A stretch of 64,000 bases of DNA from Clostridia bacterium (GCA_017934475.1 JAGBJN010000006.1:64437-128436); one strand, 5' to 3'. Shown: positions 1 to 11,243, numbered from the stretch's first letter. Made by a program: numbers and translations. The notes: generated from the letters alone by a model not told the origin.

Positions 1-1247
1 GTTACGTCATCAACAATTATACATTTCCATTTATTAGTTTCAAGTCCAGGCGTATTTTTAGCAATAACATCAATTTGAGATGTTCCAAGTGACATTATAA
101 CCATATCTACATCTAAATCAAATTCTGAACCTTTTACTTCTATTGGACTTCTTCTTCCTGATTCATCAGGCTCACCAAGTTCCATTTTTACACAAGTAAT
201 GCTTGTTACATTTCCATTTTCATCTGAGTTTATTTTTATTGGATTTGTTAATAATTCAAACTTTACTCCCTCTTCCTCAGCATGATGAACTTCTTCTTTT
301 CTTGCAGGAAGTTCTTCTAAACTTCTTCTATAAATAATAGTAGTTTCTGCTCCAAGTCTTAATGAAGTTCTTGCTGCATCCATAGCAACATTTCCTCCAC
401 CAACTACTGCTACTTTCTTACCAATAGAAACAGGAGTATCATATTCATCTGAAGATGCTTTCATAAGATTAACTCTTGTTAAAAATTCATTTGCTGAAAA
501 TACATTGTTTAAGTTTTCTCCTGGTATGCCCATAAATTTAGGGTTTCCAGCACCAGATCCAATAAATATAGCCCTAAAGCCTTCATCTTTTATAAGTTGA
601 TCAATAGTAATTGTTTTTCCAACTATTACATTATATTCAAATTTAACACCTAATTTTTTTATTTTTTCTACTTCATTATTTACTACTGTATCTTTTGGAA
701 GACGGAACTCTGGTATACCATAAGTTAAAACTCCTCCTGCTTTATGAAGTGCTTCAAAAATAGTTACATCATATCCCATTTTAGCAAGATCACCTGCACA
801 AGTAAGGCCAGCAGGTCCTGATCCAACTACTGCAATTTTTATTCCATTCTTTTTAATTTCAGTATCAACATTTAAATTATGTTCTCTTGCATAATCTGCA
901 ACAAATCTTTCTAGTTTACCAATAGAAATTGCATCACCCATCATTCCTTTTATACATTTTCCCTCACATTGTGTTTCTTGAGGACAAACTCTTCCACAAA
1001 CAGCAGGCAAATTTGAATCTTCAGAAATAATTTGATATGCTTTTTCATAATTTCCTTCTTTTATTTCAGCGATAAATCCAGGAATATTTATAGATACAGG
1101 ACAACCTTTTCTACAATTTGGTACTTTACAATTTAAACATCTACATGCTTCTTTTTTAGCATCTTCTTCACTATATCCTAAGCAAACTTCTTTAAAGTTT
1201 TTTGCTCTTTCTTCAGGGCTTTGTTCTGGTACTTTAACTTTTTCCAT
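1..1247 (-). CDS. GltD/NfnB-like NAD(P)H oxidoreductase (glutamate synthase small-chain family); 3' end outside window
   Basis: Own translation from ATG at 1247: MEKVKVPEQSPEERAKNFKEV..CRCLNCKVPNCRKGCPV (Fe-S Cys clusters), then VVGSGPAGL and VVGGGNVAMD dinucleotide-binding motifs. Absent from the ORF track because it runs off the window. Confidence 0.8.
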   Translation of the reverse strand, partial: MEKVKVPEQSPEERAKNFKEVCLGYSEEDAKKEACRCLNCKVPNCRKGCPVSINIPGFIAEIKEGNYEKAYQIISEDSNLPAVCGRVCPQETQCEGKCIKGMMGDAISIGKLERFVADYAREHNLNVDTEIKKNGIKIAVVGSGPAGLTCAGDLAKMGYDVTIFEALHKAGGVLTYGIPEFRLPKDTVVNNEVEKIKKLGVKFEYNVIVGKTITIDQLIKDEGFRAIFIGSGAGNPKFMGIPGENLNNVFSANEFLTRVNLMKASSDEYDTPVSIGKKVAVVGGGNVAMDAARTSLRLGAETTIIYRRSLEELPARKEEVHHAEEEGVKFELLTNPIKINSDENGNVTSITCVKMELGEPDESGRRSPIEVKGSEFDLDVDMVIMSLGTSQIDVIAKNTPGLETNKWKCIIVDDV

Positions 1248-2134
1248 TATTTATCACCTCCACAATTTCCACATCCACCATGATGTGTATCACCTTCTTG
1301 TAATTTAAGCATAGCTCTTCCTTCTTCTGTTTGATATATTTTTGAACGAGCAATTACATTATCAAAATCAATTAAATGACCATCAAATTCAGGTCCATCA
1401 ACACATGCGAATTTTACTTCATCTCCAACATTAACTCTGCAACATCCACACATTCCTGTACCATCAACCATTATCGGATTCATACTAACTATTGTTTTTA
1501 AATTTAATGTTTTAGTTAATCTACAAACAAATTTCATCATTACAAGAGGACCTATTGAAATACAAACATCATATTTTTTCCCTTCATTATATAAATCTTG
1601 AATTACGTCTGTTACTAGTCCTTTTTTACCATAGCTTCCATCATCTGTTGCTATATATAAATTTTTACATACTTTTCTTATTTCATCTTCATATATAAGA
1701 ATGTCTTTTGACCTAGCCCCAACTATAACGTCACAATCTACTCCATTTTCATGAAGCCATTTTGCTTGAGGATAAATAGGTGCTATACCAACTCCTCCAC
1801 CTACAAATAGAATTTTCTTTTTCTTTAAATCTTCTATGCTCTCATTTGTTAGTTCTGATGCAAGCCCTATTGGCCCTGCAAAATCTTCTACATAATCTCC
1901 TTCATTTAAATAAGATAATTTTGTAGTTGAAGCTCCTACTTTTTGAACAACAATTGTTATAGTCCCTTTTTCTCTATCAAAATCAGCTATTGTAAGAGGT
2001 ATTCTTTCTCCTTTATCATCTAATTTCAAAATAATAAATTGTCCTGGCATGCAGTTTTTTGACACTCTTGGAGCATCAATTACCATTTCATAAGTATTTT
2101 CATTCAAGAATCTTTTTTTTAGAATTTTGTACAT
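1247..2134 (-). CDS. NfnA/SudB-like FAD/NAD-binding electron-transfer subunit (dihydroorotate dehydrogenase B electron-transfer subunit family)
   Basis: C-terminal GTGMCGCCRV..C 2Fe-2S motif and GGGVGIAP NAD-binding loop. Start moved to MYKILKK (AAGGAGG RBS upstream). Its stop overlaps the start of the downstream GltD-like gene. Confidence 0.8.
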   Translation of the reverse strand: MYKILKKRFLNENTYEMVIDAPRVSKNCMPGQFIILKLDDKGERIPLTIADFDREKGTITIVVQKVGASTTKLSYLNEGDYVEDFAGPIGLASELTNESIEDLKKKKILFVGGGVGIAPIYPQAKWLHENGVDCDVIVGARSKDILIYEDEIRKVCKNLYIATDDGSYGKKGLVTDVIQDLYNEGKKYDVCISIGPLVMMKFVCRLTKTLNLKTIVSMNPIMVDGTGMCGCCRVNVGDEVKFACVDGPEFDGHLIDFDNVIARSKIYQTEEGRAMLKLQEGDTHHGGCGNCGGDK

Positions 2135-2150
2135 TTTTTCCTCCTTTATT

Positions 2151-3446
2151 TTATGGATAAATAATATCATCCCTATTTTTTATTGAGTCTGTAATTTGAT
2201 TAGTCCTGATTTCTACTTTTATATTTTGTGATTTTAGAAAATCATAAAAGTACTTTTCAATATCGTTGTCATTTAATGCTGATGTAAATGTAAAGACAAC
2301 TGTATCTAAATATGTACAACTTGAACACTTGATTTTTTCTATATGTTCAGGTGCAATTAAAAATAAAAAATAATCTATGAGTCCTTGATATTTTCCTATA
2401 ATACCAACCTTGCCTATATTAGAATATGTTATTGTTGTATATTTCTGAATTTCTCTATATATGCTTCTAATTGCTAACTTTTTTAAAAATAGTGGCGTTG
2501 CACTAATAAATAAATTGTTTCCTATTTTAACGTTTCCTGACATTGTCTTTATAATTTCTTCTTTTGTAAGTTTTTTATCAAATTCATTTCTTACAAATTT
2601 AGTTATTTCTTCAAATGATGCACATGTTTTCATTTCAGTATCTACACTTATATATGAGAAAAAGTTAGACATTGTTTTTGATTTATAATATTTTTTCAAG
2701 TTAACTGGAATACATACCTTTATAGGTTTTTTATTGTTTGGTTTATATTTTAAAACATTAGCATTATATATTGACCATATAAGCACACTTGTTAAATATT
2801 GTGTAGTAGATAAATCATATTTTGTATATTCTCTTTTTAAATCATTATTATTTATTAATAGATGACTTACATTAATCTGTTTAGATCTAAATTCTTTTCC
2901 TTTTATTAGATACGCTCTTTTATCTCCACCATTTCTTTTAGATTTTCTATCATAATTAGCAATATAACTATCTTCAGTATCTAGTTCAATTCTTCTTGAT
3001 CTTCTTTCTTCTTTATCTACTAATTCTCTATGCTGCATTTCCAAATAATTATATATAATTTCTCTAAAAAAAATTAATCCTCCGTTACCATCTGTTAAAG
3101 AATGAAATATTTCTATGTTTATCTTTTTTTCAAAATATGTAACTGTAAAAAGATATCCATTATTATGTTTTGGATCAATTCTTTTACAAGGATAATATAT
3201 TTCTTTTTTTACTATTGGTTTATTTTCGTTTTCTTCTAGATAATTCCAGAAAAAACCTTTTTTCATTTTTACTTTAAATGCTTTGTATCTTAAGAGAGCT
3301 TTATGTACTGCTTTTTCAAGTACGGCTTCATCTATATCTTCTTTTAATATAGCAGAATATCTAAATACAGTACTATATTTATTACTTTCTTGAAGTGGAA
3401 ATATTTTAGCAGAATTATCAAGTTTTCTTCTTAATTTTTTATCCAT
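2151..3446 (-). CDS. condensation-domain-like acyltransferase (alcohol acetyltransferase-like)
   Basis: HSLTDGNGG matches the HxxxDG catalytic motif of the condensation/acyltransferase superfamily; 431 aa. Confidence 0.45.
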   Translation of the reverse strand: MDKKLRRKLDNSAKIFPLQESNKYSTVFRYSAILKEDIDEAVLEKAVHKALLRYKAFKVKMKKGFFWNYLEENENKPIVKKEIYYPCKRIDPKHNNGYLFTVTYFEKKINIEIFHSLTDGNGGLIFFREIIYNYLEMQHRELVDKEERRSRRIELDTEDSYIANYDRKSKRNGGDKRAYLIKGKEFRSKQINVSHLLINNNDLKREYTKYDLSTTQYLTSVLIWSIYNANVLKYKPNNKKPIKVCIPVNLKKYYKSKTMSNFFSYISVDTEMKTCASFEEITKFVRNEFDKKLTKEEIIKTMSGNVKIGNNLFISATPLFLKKLAIRSIYREIQKYTTITYSNIGKVGIIGKYQGLIDYFLFLIAPEHIEKIKCSSCTYLDTVVFTFTSALNDNDIEKYFYDFLKSQNIKVEIRTNQITDSIKNRDDIIYP

Positions 3447-3595
3447 TATTTCTAAACCTCATACTTTAATTTCAAAATCATTATACACATATTTTTTTTA
3501 TTTGTAAATTTATAAATTATTAATTTTGTTTATTTTTTATTCTTATTAATATATAATAAATAAAACAATTATTAAAATATTTGGAGGTTTGTATT

Positions 3596-4915
3596 ATGAA
3601 AATAAAAAAAATAGAAACAAATATAAAAAGAAACCTTTATTTTGATATAACAAATGATATAGAACTATCCCAAACAAAAGAAAATAATAATAAAATAAAA
3701 ATAAATGAGGATATTAAATATCAAGAATTTCTTGGTTTTGGAGGTGCATTTACAGAAAGTGCAGGCTATGCTATAAGCACTGTAAATAATGAAATATATA
3801 ATAATATAGTTGATGATTATTTTTCAAAAGAGGGATTAAATTATTCTTTTGGAAGATTGCCGATTGGAAGTTGTGACTTCTCATTAGATAGTTATTCTTA
3901 TTCTTACGAAAATGATTTATCAGACTTTTCCATACAAAGAGATATGAAATATATCATTCCATTTATTAAATCTGCTTTAAATAGAAATAATTCAATAAAA
4001 TTTATTTCTTCTCCATGGTCTCCTCCTGCTTTTATGAAAGATAATAATAGACTAGTAAGAGGTGGTAAATTAAAAGCAGAATTTAAACAAACATGGGCAG
4101 ATTATCTTGTTCAATATGTAAAGGAATATAATAAACAAGGAATAAATATTGATTTTATGACTTTACAAAATGAACCTGATGTTTCTCAATTTTGGGAATC
4201 ATGTAGATATACTGCAGAAGATGAATCAGATTTATTAGTTAATTATCTATTCCCTACTTTTAAGAAAAATAATTTAAACACAAAATTTCTAATATGGGAT
4301 CATAATAAAGATAAAATAGTTGATCGAGCAAAAGATTGTCTTATCAAGTATAATGCAAATGACTTTGCAGCAGGAATAGGATTTCATTGGTATACAGGAA
4401 GCTACTTTGAGAATTTAAAAAAAGTAAATGAATTATTTCCAGATAAACTATTAATTCATACAGAAGGATGCACTGGTTATTCTAAATTTAAACCTAAAGA
4501 TGAATTATTTAATGCAGAATTATATGCTAGTGAAATAATTGGAGACCTAAATTCCGGTGTGAATGCGTTTGTTGATTGGAATTTAGTTTTAGATTACAAA
4601 GGTGGTCCAAATCATAAAAGAAATTATTGCAATAGTCCAATAATGATTGATAAAAATAAAAATGGATATATAAAAACACCTTCATACTTTTATATCGGGC
4701 AATTTAGTAAATATATAAAACCAGGTGCAAAAAGAATAGAAATTACTTCAGATTACGATAATATAGATATAACTGCTTTTGAAAACAATGATAAATCAAT
4801 TGTACTAGTTCTTTTAAATAAAAATGATTATAATATTGAATATGATTTTTGCTACAAAAATTATTCATTCCATGACAATTTGGATAGTCATGCAATTGTA
4901 ACACTAGTATTATAA
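3596..4915 (+). CDS. glycoside hydrolase family 30 (glucosylceramidase-like)
   Basis: FGGAFTESA, LQNEPD (acid/base Glu) and IHTEGC (nucleophile Glu) motifs. ATG at 3596 follows a GGAGG RBS. Confidence 0.75.
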   Translation: MKIKKIETNIKRNLYFDITNDIELSQTKENNNKIKINEDIKYQEFLGFGGAFTESAGYAISTVNNEIYNNIVDDYFSKEGLNYSFGRLPIGSCDFSLDSYSYSYENDLSDFSIQRDMKYIIPFIKSALNRNNSIKFISSPWSPPAFMKDNNRLVRGGKLKAEFKQTWADYLVQYVKEYNKQGINIDFMTLQNEPDVSQFWESCRYTAEDESDLLVNYLFPTFKKNNLNTKFLIWDHNKDKIVDRAKDCLIKYNANDFAAGIGFHWYTGSYFENLKKVNELFPDKLLIHTEGCTGYSKFKPKDELFNAELYASEIIGDLNSGVNAFVDWNLVLDYKGGPNHKRNYCNSPIMIDKNKNGYIKTPSYFYIGQFSKYIKPGAKRIEITSDYDNIDITAFENNDKSIVLVLLNKNDYNIEYDFCYKNYSFHDNLDSHAIVTLVL

Positions 4916-4921
4916 ATAAAG

Positions 4922-4956
4922 AATACGAAGTATTTTGCCCTACTTCGTATTTTTTA
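4922..4956. terminator. bidirectional rho-independent terminator between convergent genes
   Basis: 11-bp stem aatacgaagta / tacttcgtatt with an 8-nt loop, followed by a T-run and preceded by an A-run. Confidence 0.7.
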
Positions 4957-4969
4957 TTTTATCAGTTTA

Positions 4970-6058
4970 TTATATATTGTTTTTAAGCCATTCAATATAT
5001 TCATTCATATAATGTTCTTGACTAAAACAATGATCTTGGTTTTGTGCTTCAACAACTGTTACATCTGTTCCTTCATTTTTGACATATTCAATATATTTCT
5101 TTGCTTCATCCATACCAACTATATTATCGTTTGTTCCATATGCAATAAACTGCTTAACATCTTGAGATGAAATATTTCTATACAAATCAGTCATCTCCAA
5201 TATCTCATTTCTCTTTTTCTCATCTCTTATATCATCATCATTAAATAAACAAAATAACATAGGAATATTTGATCTAAAACTTAGAAGCGGATAAATCATA
5301 GCAGCAGAATTAACTTTATCGTCAATTAAGTCTATCTCATCTTTTATATAATTTTCTGGAAAAAAGTCTTTTCCTTGAATCTTATTGATAAAAGTTCCTA
5401 TTTCATTTCCCCCTGCACTAAATCCTATTAAACTAATTTTATCTTTATTTATATGATAATCTTCTGAGTGAAATCTGATATATCTTATTGCTCTTTGTAA
5501 ATCTAAATATGGAATAGGATATTCATAAGGGTTTGATCTATAATGAAGTACAAATGCATTAAACCCATTTCGGTTTAATGTATCAGCAATTTCTTTTCCT
5601 TCATTTGTCGCTCCATCCATTGATTTATATCCAAATCCTCCACCACAAATTACAATTACAGCTAAGTCGCTATTGTCTACTAAATATGGAATAATATATG
5701 GTTCGTCCTCATAAGTTTCTTTTTCATACCCATTTTTTATTTCATATAAATATGTATAAGTATCCATTACTTGTTCAGCATCTTCATATTCTTTATTTAC
5801 CATTCCTCTTGAAAAATCATATGCTGATAGTAATAAATTTGTTTGATTATAATCAATATTCATTTCATCTAATTTACTTTTCGAGCTATTTCCTGCAACT
5901 GTATTTCCCCAGATATTAGCTTTTCTATCATAATCAACCACTTTATTTTTTCCAAATCCTATTATATCAGCTCCATTTAATAGCAATAAATAGCCTATAA
6001 AAGATATTACTAAAATAAATAATAATATTATTATTAAAAACTTTATAGTTTTTTTCAA
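4970..6058 (-). CDS. membrane-anchored alpha/beta hydrolase (esterase/lipase)
   Basis: N-terminal TM helix, GFSAGG nucleophile elbow, TTG start 9 nt after GGAGG. Confidence 0.6.
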   Translation of the reverse strand: MKKTIKFLIIILLFILVISFIGYLLLLNGADIIGFGKNKVVDYDRKANIWGNTVAGNSSKSKLDEMNIDYNQTNLLLSAYDFSRGMVNKEYEDAEQVMDTYTYLYEIKNGYEKETYEDEPYIIPYLVDNSDLAVIVICGGGFGYKSMDGATNEGKEIADTLNRNGFNAFVLHYRSNPYEYPIPYLDLQRAIRYIRFHSEDYHINKDKISLIGFSAGGNEIGTFINKIQGKDFFPENYIKDEIDLIDDKVNSAAMIYPLLSFRSNIPMLFCLFNDDDIRDEKKRNEILEMTDLYRNISSQDVKQFIAYGTNDNIVGMDEAKKYIEYVKNEGTDVTVVEAQNQDHCFSQEHYMNEYIEWLKNNI

Positions 6059-6176
6059 GTTGTGTTACCTCCATTTTTAAAATTAATTCTTGCCTTGTTA
6101 TAAATTATATAATAAATTTAAGAAAAAAGAAAGACTATCAAAATACTTTATGATAGTCTCTTATATCTTAATTAAT

Positions 6177-6716
6177 TTATAATAATTCTTTAATTTTTTC
6201 TTCCATATCTTCTGGTTTAAATGTTGGCGAATATCTTGCTACAACTTTTCCTTCTCTATCTACTAAGAACTTTGTAAAATTCCATTTAATATCTCCGTCT
6301 TTTTTACAAGTTGTACTTATTTTTTCAACTGCTTTCATAGACATCTTATTTTTCATTCCTTCAATGATATCTTCTTTTACTTCACTTTTTATATAAGTAT
6401 ATATAGGGCTTTCATTTTCTCCATTTACATCTATTTTTGCAAATTGATCAAAAGAAGTATTATATTTTAAAGCGCAAAATTCATGTATTTCATCATCACT
6501 TCCTGGTGCTTGATTTCCAAATTGATTACATGGAAAATCTAGTATTTCTAGTCCTTTATCATGATATTCTTTATATAGTTTTTCAAGTCCCTCGTATTGT
6601 GGTGTAAATCCACATCCAGTTGCAGTATTAACAATGATTAATACTTTTCCTTTATAATCAGATATTGATATTTCCTTACCTTTTCTATTTAAAACCTTAC
6701 AATCATAAATTGACAT
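6177..6716 (-). CDS. gpx: glutathione peroxidase
   Basis: TATGCGFTPQY, NQFGNQAPG and WNFTKFLVDREGKVV are classic GPx signatures. Confidence 0.9.
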   Translation of the reverse strand: MSIYDCKVLNRKGKEISISDYKGKVLIIVNTATGCGFTPQYEGLEKLYKEYHDKGLEILDFPCNQFGNQAPGSDDEIHEFCALKYNTSFDQFAKIDVNGENESPIYTYIKSEVKEDIIEGMKNKMSMKAVEKISTTCKKDGDIKWNFTKFLVDREGKVVARYSPTFKPEDMEEKIKELL

Positions 6717-6776
6717 ATATATATTTCCTCCTTTTTCAAAAAATAATAAATACTTTTCATTTTCAATACAATTATT

Positions 6777-7136
6777 TTATTTTGTTAAATCATAGCTAAT
6801 ATCAATTAATTCACATACCTTTTCTTTTGGAACAGTTCCATCTAATAAAACCGAAATCCAATGTTCTTTGTTCATGTGATAAGCAGGTAATATGCCTTCA
6901 ACTTTTCTTAAGCCTCCAATTAATTCTGGAATATTTTTTAAATTTATTACCTCTACTTTTCCTTCCTTATCTATATTAAGTTTTTCGTATGGAACATCCA
7001 TAATTAGTGCAAACCATTTTTTATTGTTTTGATGTTTGAATGTTGTAAAATTAGGATATTCTTTCCAAGGATGCTCTTCTAATATATCATAATTATTATT
7101 TATATATTCTTCTATTTCTTCTCTCATATTTTTCAC
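6777..7136 (-). CDS. MmcQ/YjbR family DNA-binding protein
   Basis: 119 aa; HWISVLLDG and KKWFALI patterns typical of YjbR-like proteins. Confidence 0.55.
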   Translation of the reverse strand: MKNMREEIEEYINNNYDILEEHPWKEYPNFTTFKHQNNKKWFALIMDVPYEKLNIDKEGKVEVINLKNIPELIGGLRKVEGILPAYHMNKEHWISVLLDGTVPKEKVCELIDISYDLTK

Positions 7137-7161
7137 CTATATCTTTATTATTAAACATATT

Positions 7162-8124
7162 TTAAAATAAAGTAACCTGTTCTATCTCATTATCTATTTT
7201 CCAACTTTTTTGTTTTGCTTGTGTTACTTTGTCTTCCAAAAGACTTTCACCAATTAAAAATGGAGAATTAGGATTATGTAGTTTATAATTTTCTTTCACT
7301 AATTCTTTGTTAAAATTAGCATAACAGTATTTACAAAGATGCATACAGCTATTATAATCACCAATATCATTTCCCATTAAACAGTTACAAATATTTTTTA
7401 CTTTATCAGTTACAATTCTTTTAGACTGTCCTCCTGGTGCATTTAATTTAAATCCAATTGCTTTTTCTACAATTTTTTGGCTCATACAACCTGTAATGTC
7501 AACTCCAAATTCTTTTAATTTTGGATTCTCACAGCACCCATGTATTATCATATTATTTTCTTTTCCGATTCTTACAAATTCTTTTGCAATTTTTATTTGC
7601 TGTTCATTTGTTGGCACTTTTATATCAGGTGCATTTCTTTTAACTTTTTCGTATAAATCTAAGAAACTAATAGTAACATCTTCTGTATAGCCTTTTAAAC
7701 ATTTAGCAAATTTATCAAACATTTCTATGTGTTTTTTTACTGTATATTCTTCATTTATAAGAATTGGGTCATATCGTAATGCAACTGCATTTTTCCCAAT
7801 TTTATTTGATAAAGTTTTAAAATCTTCAATCACTTTTTCATAAGATGGTACATTTGGTTCCAAGTCTTTTCCGTAAGGTGTTATAGTTACAAACCAAAAC
7901 ATATTATATTTTTCTTTAAGTTCATCTATATATTTAAGCATAGGATACGGATTTTTACTGCAAAAAGCCAAACAATCTACAATATCAGGAGATAAACTAT
8001 ATTTACTTACTTGTAATCTATTGTATGGATTTCTAACATAAACATAACCATCATGAATTCTATTCATTAACCATTCTGAATAAAATCCCGGTATGTCTGT
8101 TCTCATTCCCGTATTTATAATCAA
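7162..8124 (-). CDS. DUF1848-like protein with C-terminal Cys cluster
   Basis: N-terminal INTGMRTDIPGFYSEW and C-terminal CMHLCKYCYAN (CxxxCxxC). TTG start. Confidence 0.5.
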   Translation of the reverse strand: MIINTGMRTDIPGFYSEWLMNRIHDGYVYVRNPYNRLQVSKYSLSPDIVDCLAFCSKNPYPMLKYIDELKEKYNMFWFVTITPYGKDLEPNVPSYEKVIEDFKTLSNKIGKNAVALRYDPILINEEYTVKKHIEMFDKFAKCLKGYTEDVTISFLDLYEKVKRNAPDIKVPTNEQQIKIAKEFVRIGKENNMIIHGCCENPKLKEFGVDITGCMSQKIVEKAIGFKLNAPGGQSKRIVTDKVKNICNCLMGNDIGDYNSCMHLCKYCYANFNKELVKENYKLHNPNSPFLIGESLLEDKVTQAKQKSWKIDNEIEQVTLF

Positions 8125-8229
8125 TCTGATCGACCCCTTACTTTAAAACATTTCATATTCATTTGTAATTCTAAATTTTTTAATTCTTGTATTATTATAA
8201 TATAACATATTTTTGTATCATAATAGCAC

Positions 8230-8264
8230 AAAAGCAAGTAATTGTAAATAAATCACTTGCTTTT
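8230..8264 (-). terminator. rho-independent terminator after the beta-helix surface protein gene
   Basis: Stem aaaagcaagt / acttgctttt with a 15-nt loop, directly 3' of the stop at 8271. Confidence 0.6.
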
Positions 8265-8270
8265 GAATTA

Positions 8271-9809
8271 TTAGTTTTTCTTTTTATTATTTACTACAAT
8301 TACAACTGTTAAAACTATAGCTGTGAAAAGAAATATTCCTACTATTGCTGAAATTTTGAATAACATTGAATTATTATCTGTATTTACACCTTCACTTATT
8401 GCTGTAGTGTCATTCGTGTCTGTTATTACATTATTTCCATTAGTATTTGATGTAACAGCACCTTTATAGTTTGTAGAAGTTATTGCTGTACCATTTACAT
8501 ATAAAATATGTCCATTTAAATTTATATTGCTATTATCTGATACTGAGTTATTTAATGATGTTATATAACTATCTCCTGTTAATGTTAATGTAGAGTTACT
8601 ATCCAATGTTATAGAAACTGTTTTTGCTGTATTTTCTCCATTTATTGTTCCTGAATAACTACTTCCATTTGAAAGCATCATTACTAGTGTTGAAATATTA
8701 TCAACATATATATCTCCATCTATTTTTTGATTAGTAGCATTTAATGTAACATTTCCTCCATTTGAACCTGATGTTCCCCACTTAGCTGCTGCTACTCTTA
8801 AGAATCCACCTTCAGAATCATTATTAATTATTTCATTATTTTCTAAATCTATAGTAGTATTTGTATTTGTAACAAATATTATTTCACCTTTATTATTTAT
8901 TATCTTGGAATTCTTTGCAGTAAATGATGATGTCCCTACTTCAGCATCTCCAGACATTGATTGATATATAAATATTGATTTGTATGTTTCAGAATTTCCG
9001 TTTAATTTTGTATTTGTAGCTTCCATTGTTACATTATTTAAGGTAACAGAATTCTTTCCTTCTACTACAACTCCTTCTGAAGATGTAGATGTTAAAGTAG
9101 CATCATTTACTGTTATATCTGCTGTTGAGTAAATTACTGGTGAACCTGTTCCATGCGAAGTATAAGTTCCTCCATTTACAGTAAGAGTTCCTCCACCTCT
9201 ATCACTCCTAATTGGAGCAGATGAATTGCCGTCTGTTTCCGCTATAATGTTATTTGCTGTTAAAGTTCCACCACCTGTTACCATTATAGCACCTGAATTA
9301 TTACTTGAAGTTTTTATTGTAGCATCTGAAATATTTATTATTCCAGAATTATAGGCAAATACACCATTTGCATGTGAACCATTTGTTGTAACTGTTCCTC
9401 CATTAATATTTAGTGTACCTTCTTTTACAAGTACTGCTGCATTCGTTCCATAAAAGTCTGCTTCATCTCCACTTGAATCTCCCGACTTTGTTACATTTAT
9501 ATTAGAAATAGTAGAGTTTCCACCTGTAACAAGTAAAGCATTTTCTGAACCTGTATTACTTGTATATGTACTTCCACTATTATTTGTGTCAGATGATATT
9601 GTAGTTGCTCCTGTATATGTTACACTTGAAGCACTACTTCCACCTGGTGCATTCCCTCCTTGACCAAAACCATCTGGTGGTGTTCCCATCTGCCCTTGTG
9701 ACTGTTCTCCATCTGGTTTTGCTGGTGGTGTTGCATATACCATTCCTATATTAAATGTTAATAATGCAATCATTAGTATTGCAATTGTTATTTTAGTTAT
9801 TTTTTTCAT
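8271..9809 (-). CDS. secreted, C-terminally anchored parallel beta-helix protein (Cthe_2159-like carbohydrate-binding family)
   Basis: Signal peptide, G/T/N/S-rich repeats such as GGTLTxNG and NxTL, and a C-terminal TM helix plus basic tail. Confidence 0.5.
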   Translation of the reverse strand: MKKITKITIAILMIALLTFNIGMVYATPPAKPDGEQSQGQMGTPPDGFGQGGNAPGGSSASSVTYTGATTISSDTNNSGSTYTSNTGSENALLVTGGNSTISNINVTKSGDSSGDEADFYGTNAAVLVKEGTLNINGGTVTTNGSHANGVFAYNSGIINISDATIKTSSNNSGAIMVTGGGTLTANNIIAETDGNSSAPIRSDRGGGTLTVNGGTYTSHGTGSPVIYSTADITVNDATLTSTSSEGVVVEGKNSVTLNNVTMEATNTKLNGNSETYKSIFIYQSMSGDAEVGTSSFTAKNSKIINNKGEIIFVTNTNTTIDLENNEIINNDSEGGFLRVAAAKWGTSGSNGGNVTLNATNQKIDGDIYVDNISTLVMMLSNGSSYSGTINGENTAKTVSITLDSNSTLTLTGDSYITSLNNSVSDNSNINLNGHILYVNGTAITSTNYKGAVTSNTNGNNVITDTNDTTAISEGVNTDNNSMLFKISAIVGIFLFTAIVLTVVIVVNNKKKN

Positions 9810-9918
9810 AACTCTTCCTCCTTTGTTTTATATAATATTTTACTTTTCTTAAATCAAACTTAAAAAATTAAATATTTTTTTATTATTCTTTAATTATCTA
9901 TTTAAAAAAAATCTAAAC

Positions 9919-10614
9919 TTAATTTAATATCCATTTAATACCTTTTGCAATTCTATTTGTAACATCTTGAAAATGATTTCCCTCATTTTCTTCATAAATA
10001 GTTTTTATATTTTTATTATTATAATATTGTTCTAAATATTTTGTTTTTTCTTCAACTTTTGACATAAGCTCATTTTTTGTTTTACATTCTCTATTTCCTA
10101 ATGAAAAATATATTTTATCTGGTTTTGTTTTTAGTTCATTATTTTCTACATATTCGATAAAATTAGGATACCACAAAGAACCAGAGCAAGAAATTACACT
10201 TGTAAATATATTAGTTTTATATAAACTATAAATTGCAAATAAACCTGCTAATGAGTAACCAGCTATTATATAATTATCTATATCTTTTTCTAAATCTTGT
10301 TTTAATATTTTTTCTACTTTTGGAATAATTCTTTTAGATAATAATTCAATATATTCATCCGCTTTTCCTTCATAATTATCTTCACTCTTAAATAATTTAT
10401 CCATATACCAAGGTGACATTTCTTTATTCCAATTAATATTAGATATAGTAACTAAAACATATTCTTTATCTGTTATAGTCTTTACTTTATTCCAAATATC
10501 TTCTCCATCTTCATCAAATGTATTTAAGATAATCACAGGAATTTTTTCTTTCTTATTATTCTCATTATAAAATATAGTTATAGTCTTATTTTCTAAATTT
10601 ATTGTTTTCTCCAT
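9919..10614 (-). CDS. alpha/beta hydrolase (putative esterase)
   Basis: GYSLAG nucleophile elbow; 231 aa. Confidence 0.6.
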   Translation of the reverse strand: MEKTINLENKTITIFYNENNKKEKIPVIILNTFDEDGEDIWNKVKTITDKEYVLVTISNINWNKEMSPWYMDKLFKSEDNYEGKADEYIELLSKRIIPKVEKILKQDLEKDIDNYIIAGYSLAGLFAIYSLYKTNIFTSVISCSGSLWYPNFIEYVENNELKTKPDKIYFSLGNRECKTKNELMSKVEEKTKYLEQYYNNKNIKTIYEENEGNHFQDVTNRIAKGIKWILN

Positions 10615-10628
10615 AAAAAATCCTCATT

Positions 10629-11210
10629 TTATTTTTTATCAAGTATTTGTTCATGATGGCCATAGCATATTTTAGATATATTATGACTTAATATATTTTT
10701 CCAACTATTATTTATTTTTTCATCATTAAATTCTGATGCTGAATTTAAGTCATACAAATCTCCAACTAATACAATACCTTCATCTAGTATTAATGAAATA
10801 CTATCATCACTATGGCCAGGAGTGTAAATTATTTCTCCATCTATTCCTAATTCGTTTAGAAATTTTCTACTCTCTTCACATGAAATTATTAAAGGTTCCG
10901 TATTTATTGGATTAAAATGTACTTTATTATCTTTTACAAATATTTTATCTGAACTATGTATATAATCTTTTTGAACATCTATTACTAGTAGTTTTGTATT
11001 CATGTTCTTAATTATATCTTGTGCTATTCCCATATGATCAGGATGATAATGAGTAATTAAAAGATAATCTATTTGAGTTATATTTAGTTCTTTTATTTTT
11101 TTATAAAATGCTTGTAACGTACCCGCCCAATCTGTATCAACTAATATGCTTCCATTTCTACCTTTTATATAATAAGTATTAGTATTTCCATATTTTAATA
11201 GTTGTATCAT
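10629..11210 (-). CDS. MBL-fold metallo-hydrolase
   Basis: THYHPDH metal-binding motif and downstream TPGHSDDS. Confidence 0.8.
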   Translation of the reverse strand: MIQLLKYGNTNTYYIKGRNGSILVDTDWAGTLQAFYKKIKELNITQIDYLLITHYHPDHMGIAQDIIKNMNTKLLVIDVQKDYIHSSDKIFVKDNKVHFNPINTEPLIISCEESRKFLNELGIDGEIIYTPGHSDDSISLILDEGIVLVGDLYDLNSASEFNDEKINNSWKNILSHNISKICYGHHEQILDKK

Positions 11211-11243
11211 TTTTAACTCCTCTTGTTATTGTGTCCATATAAA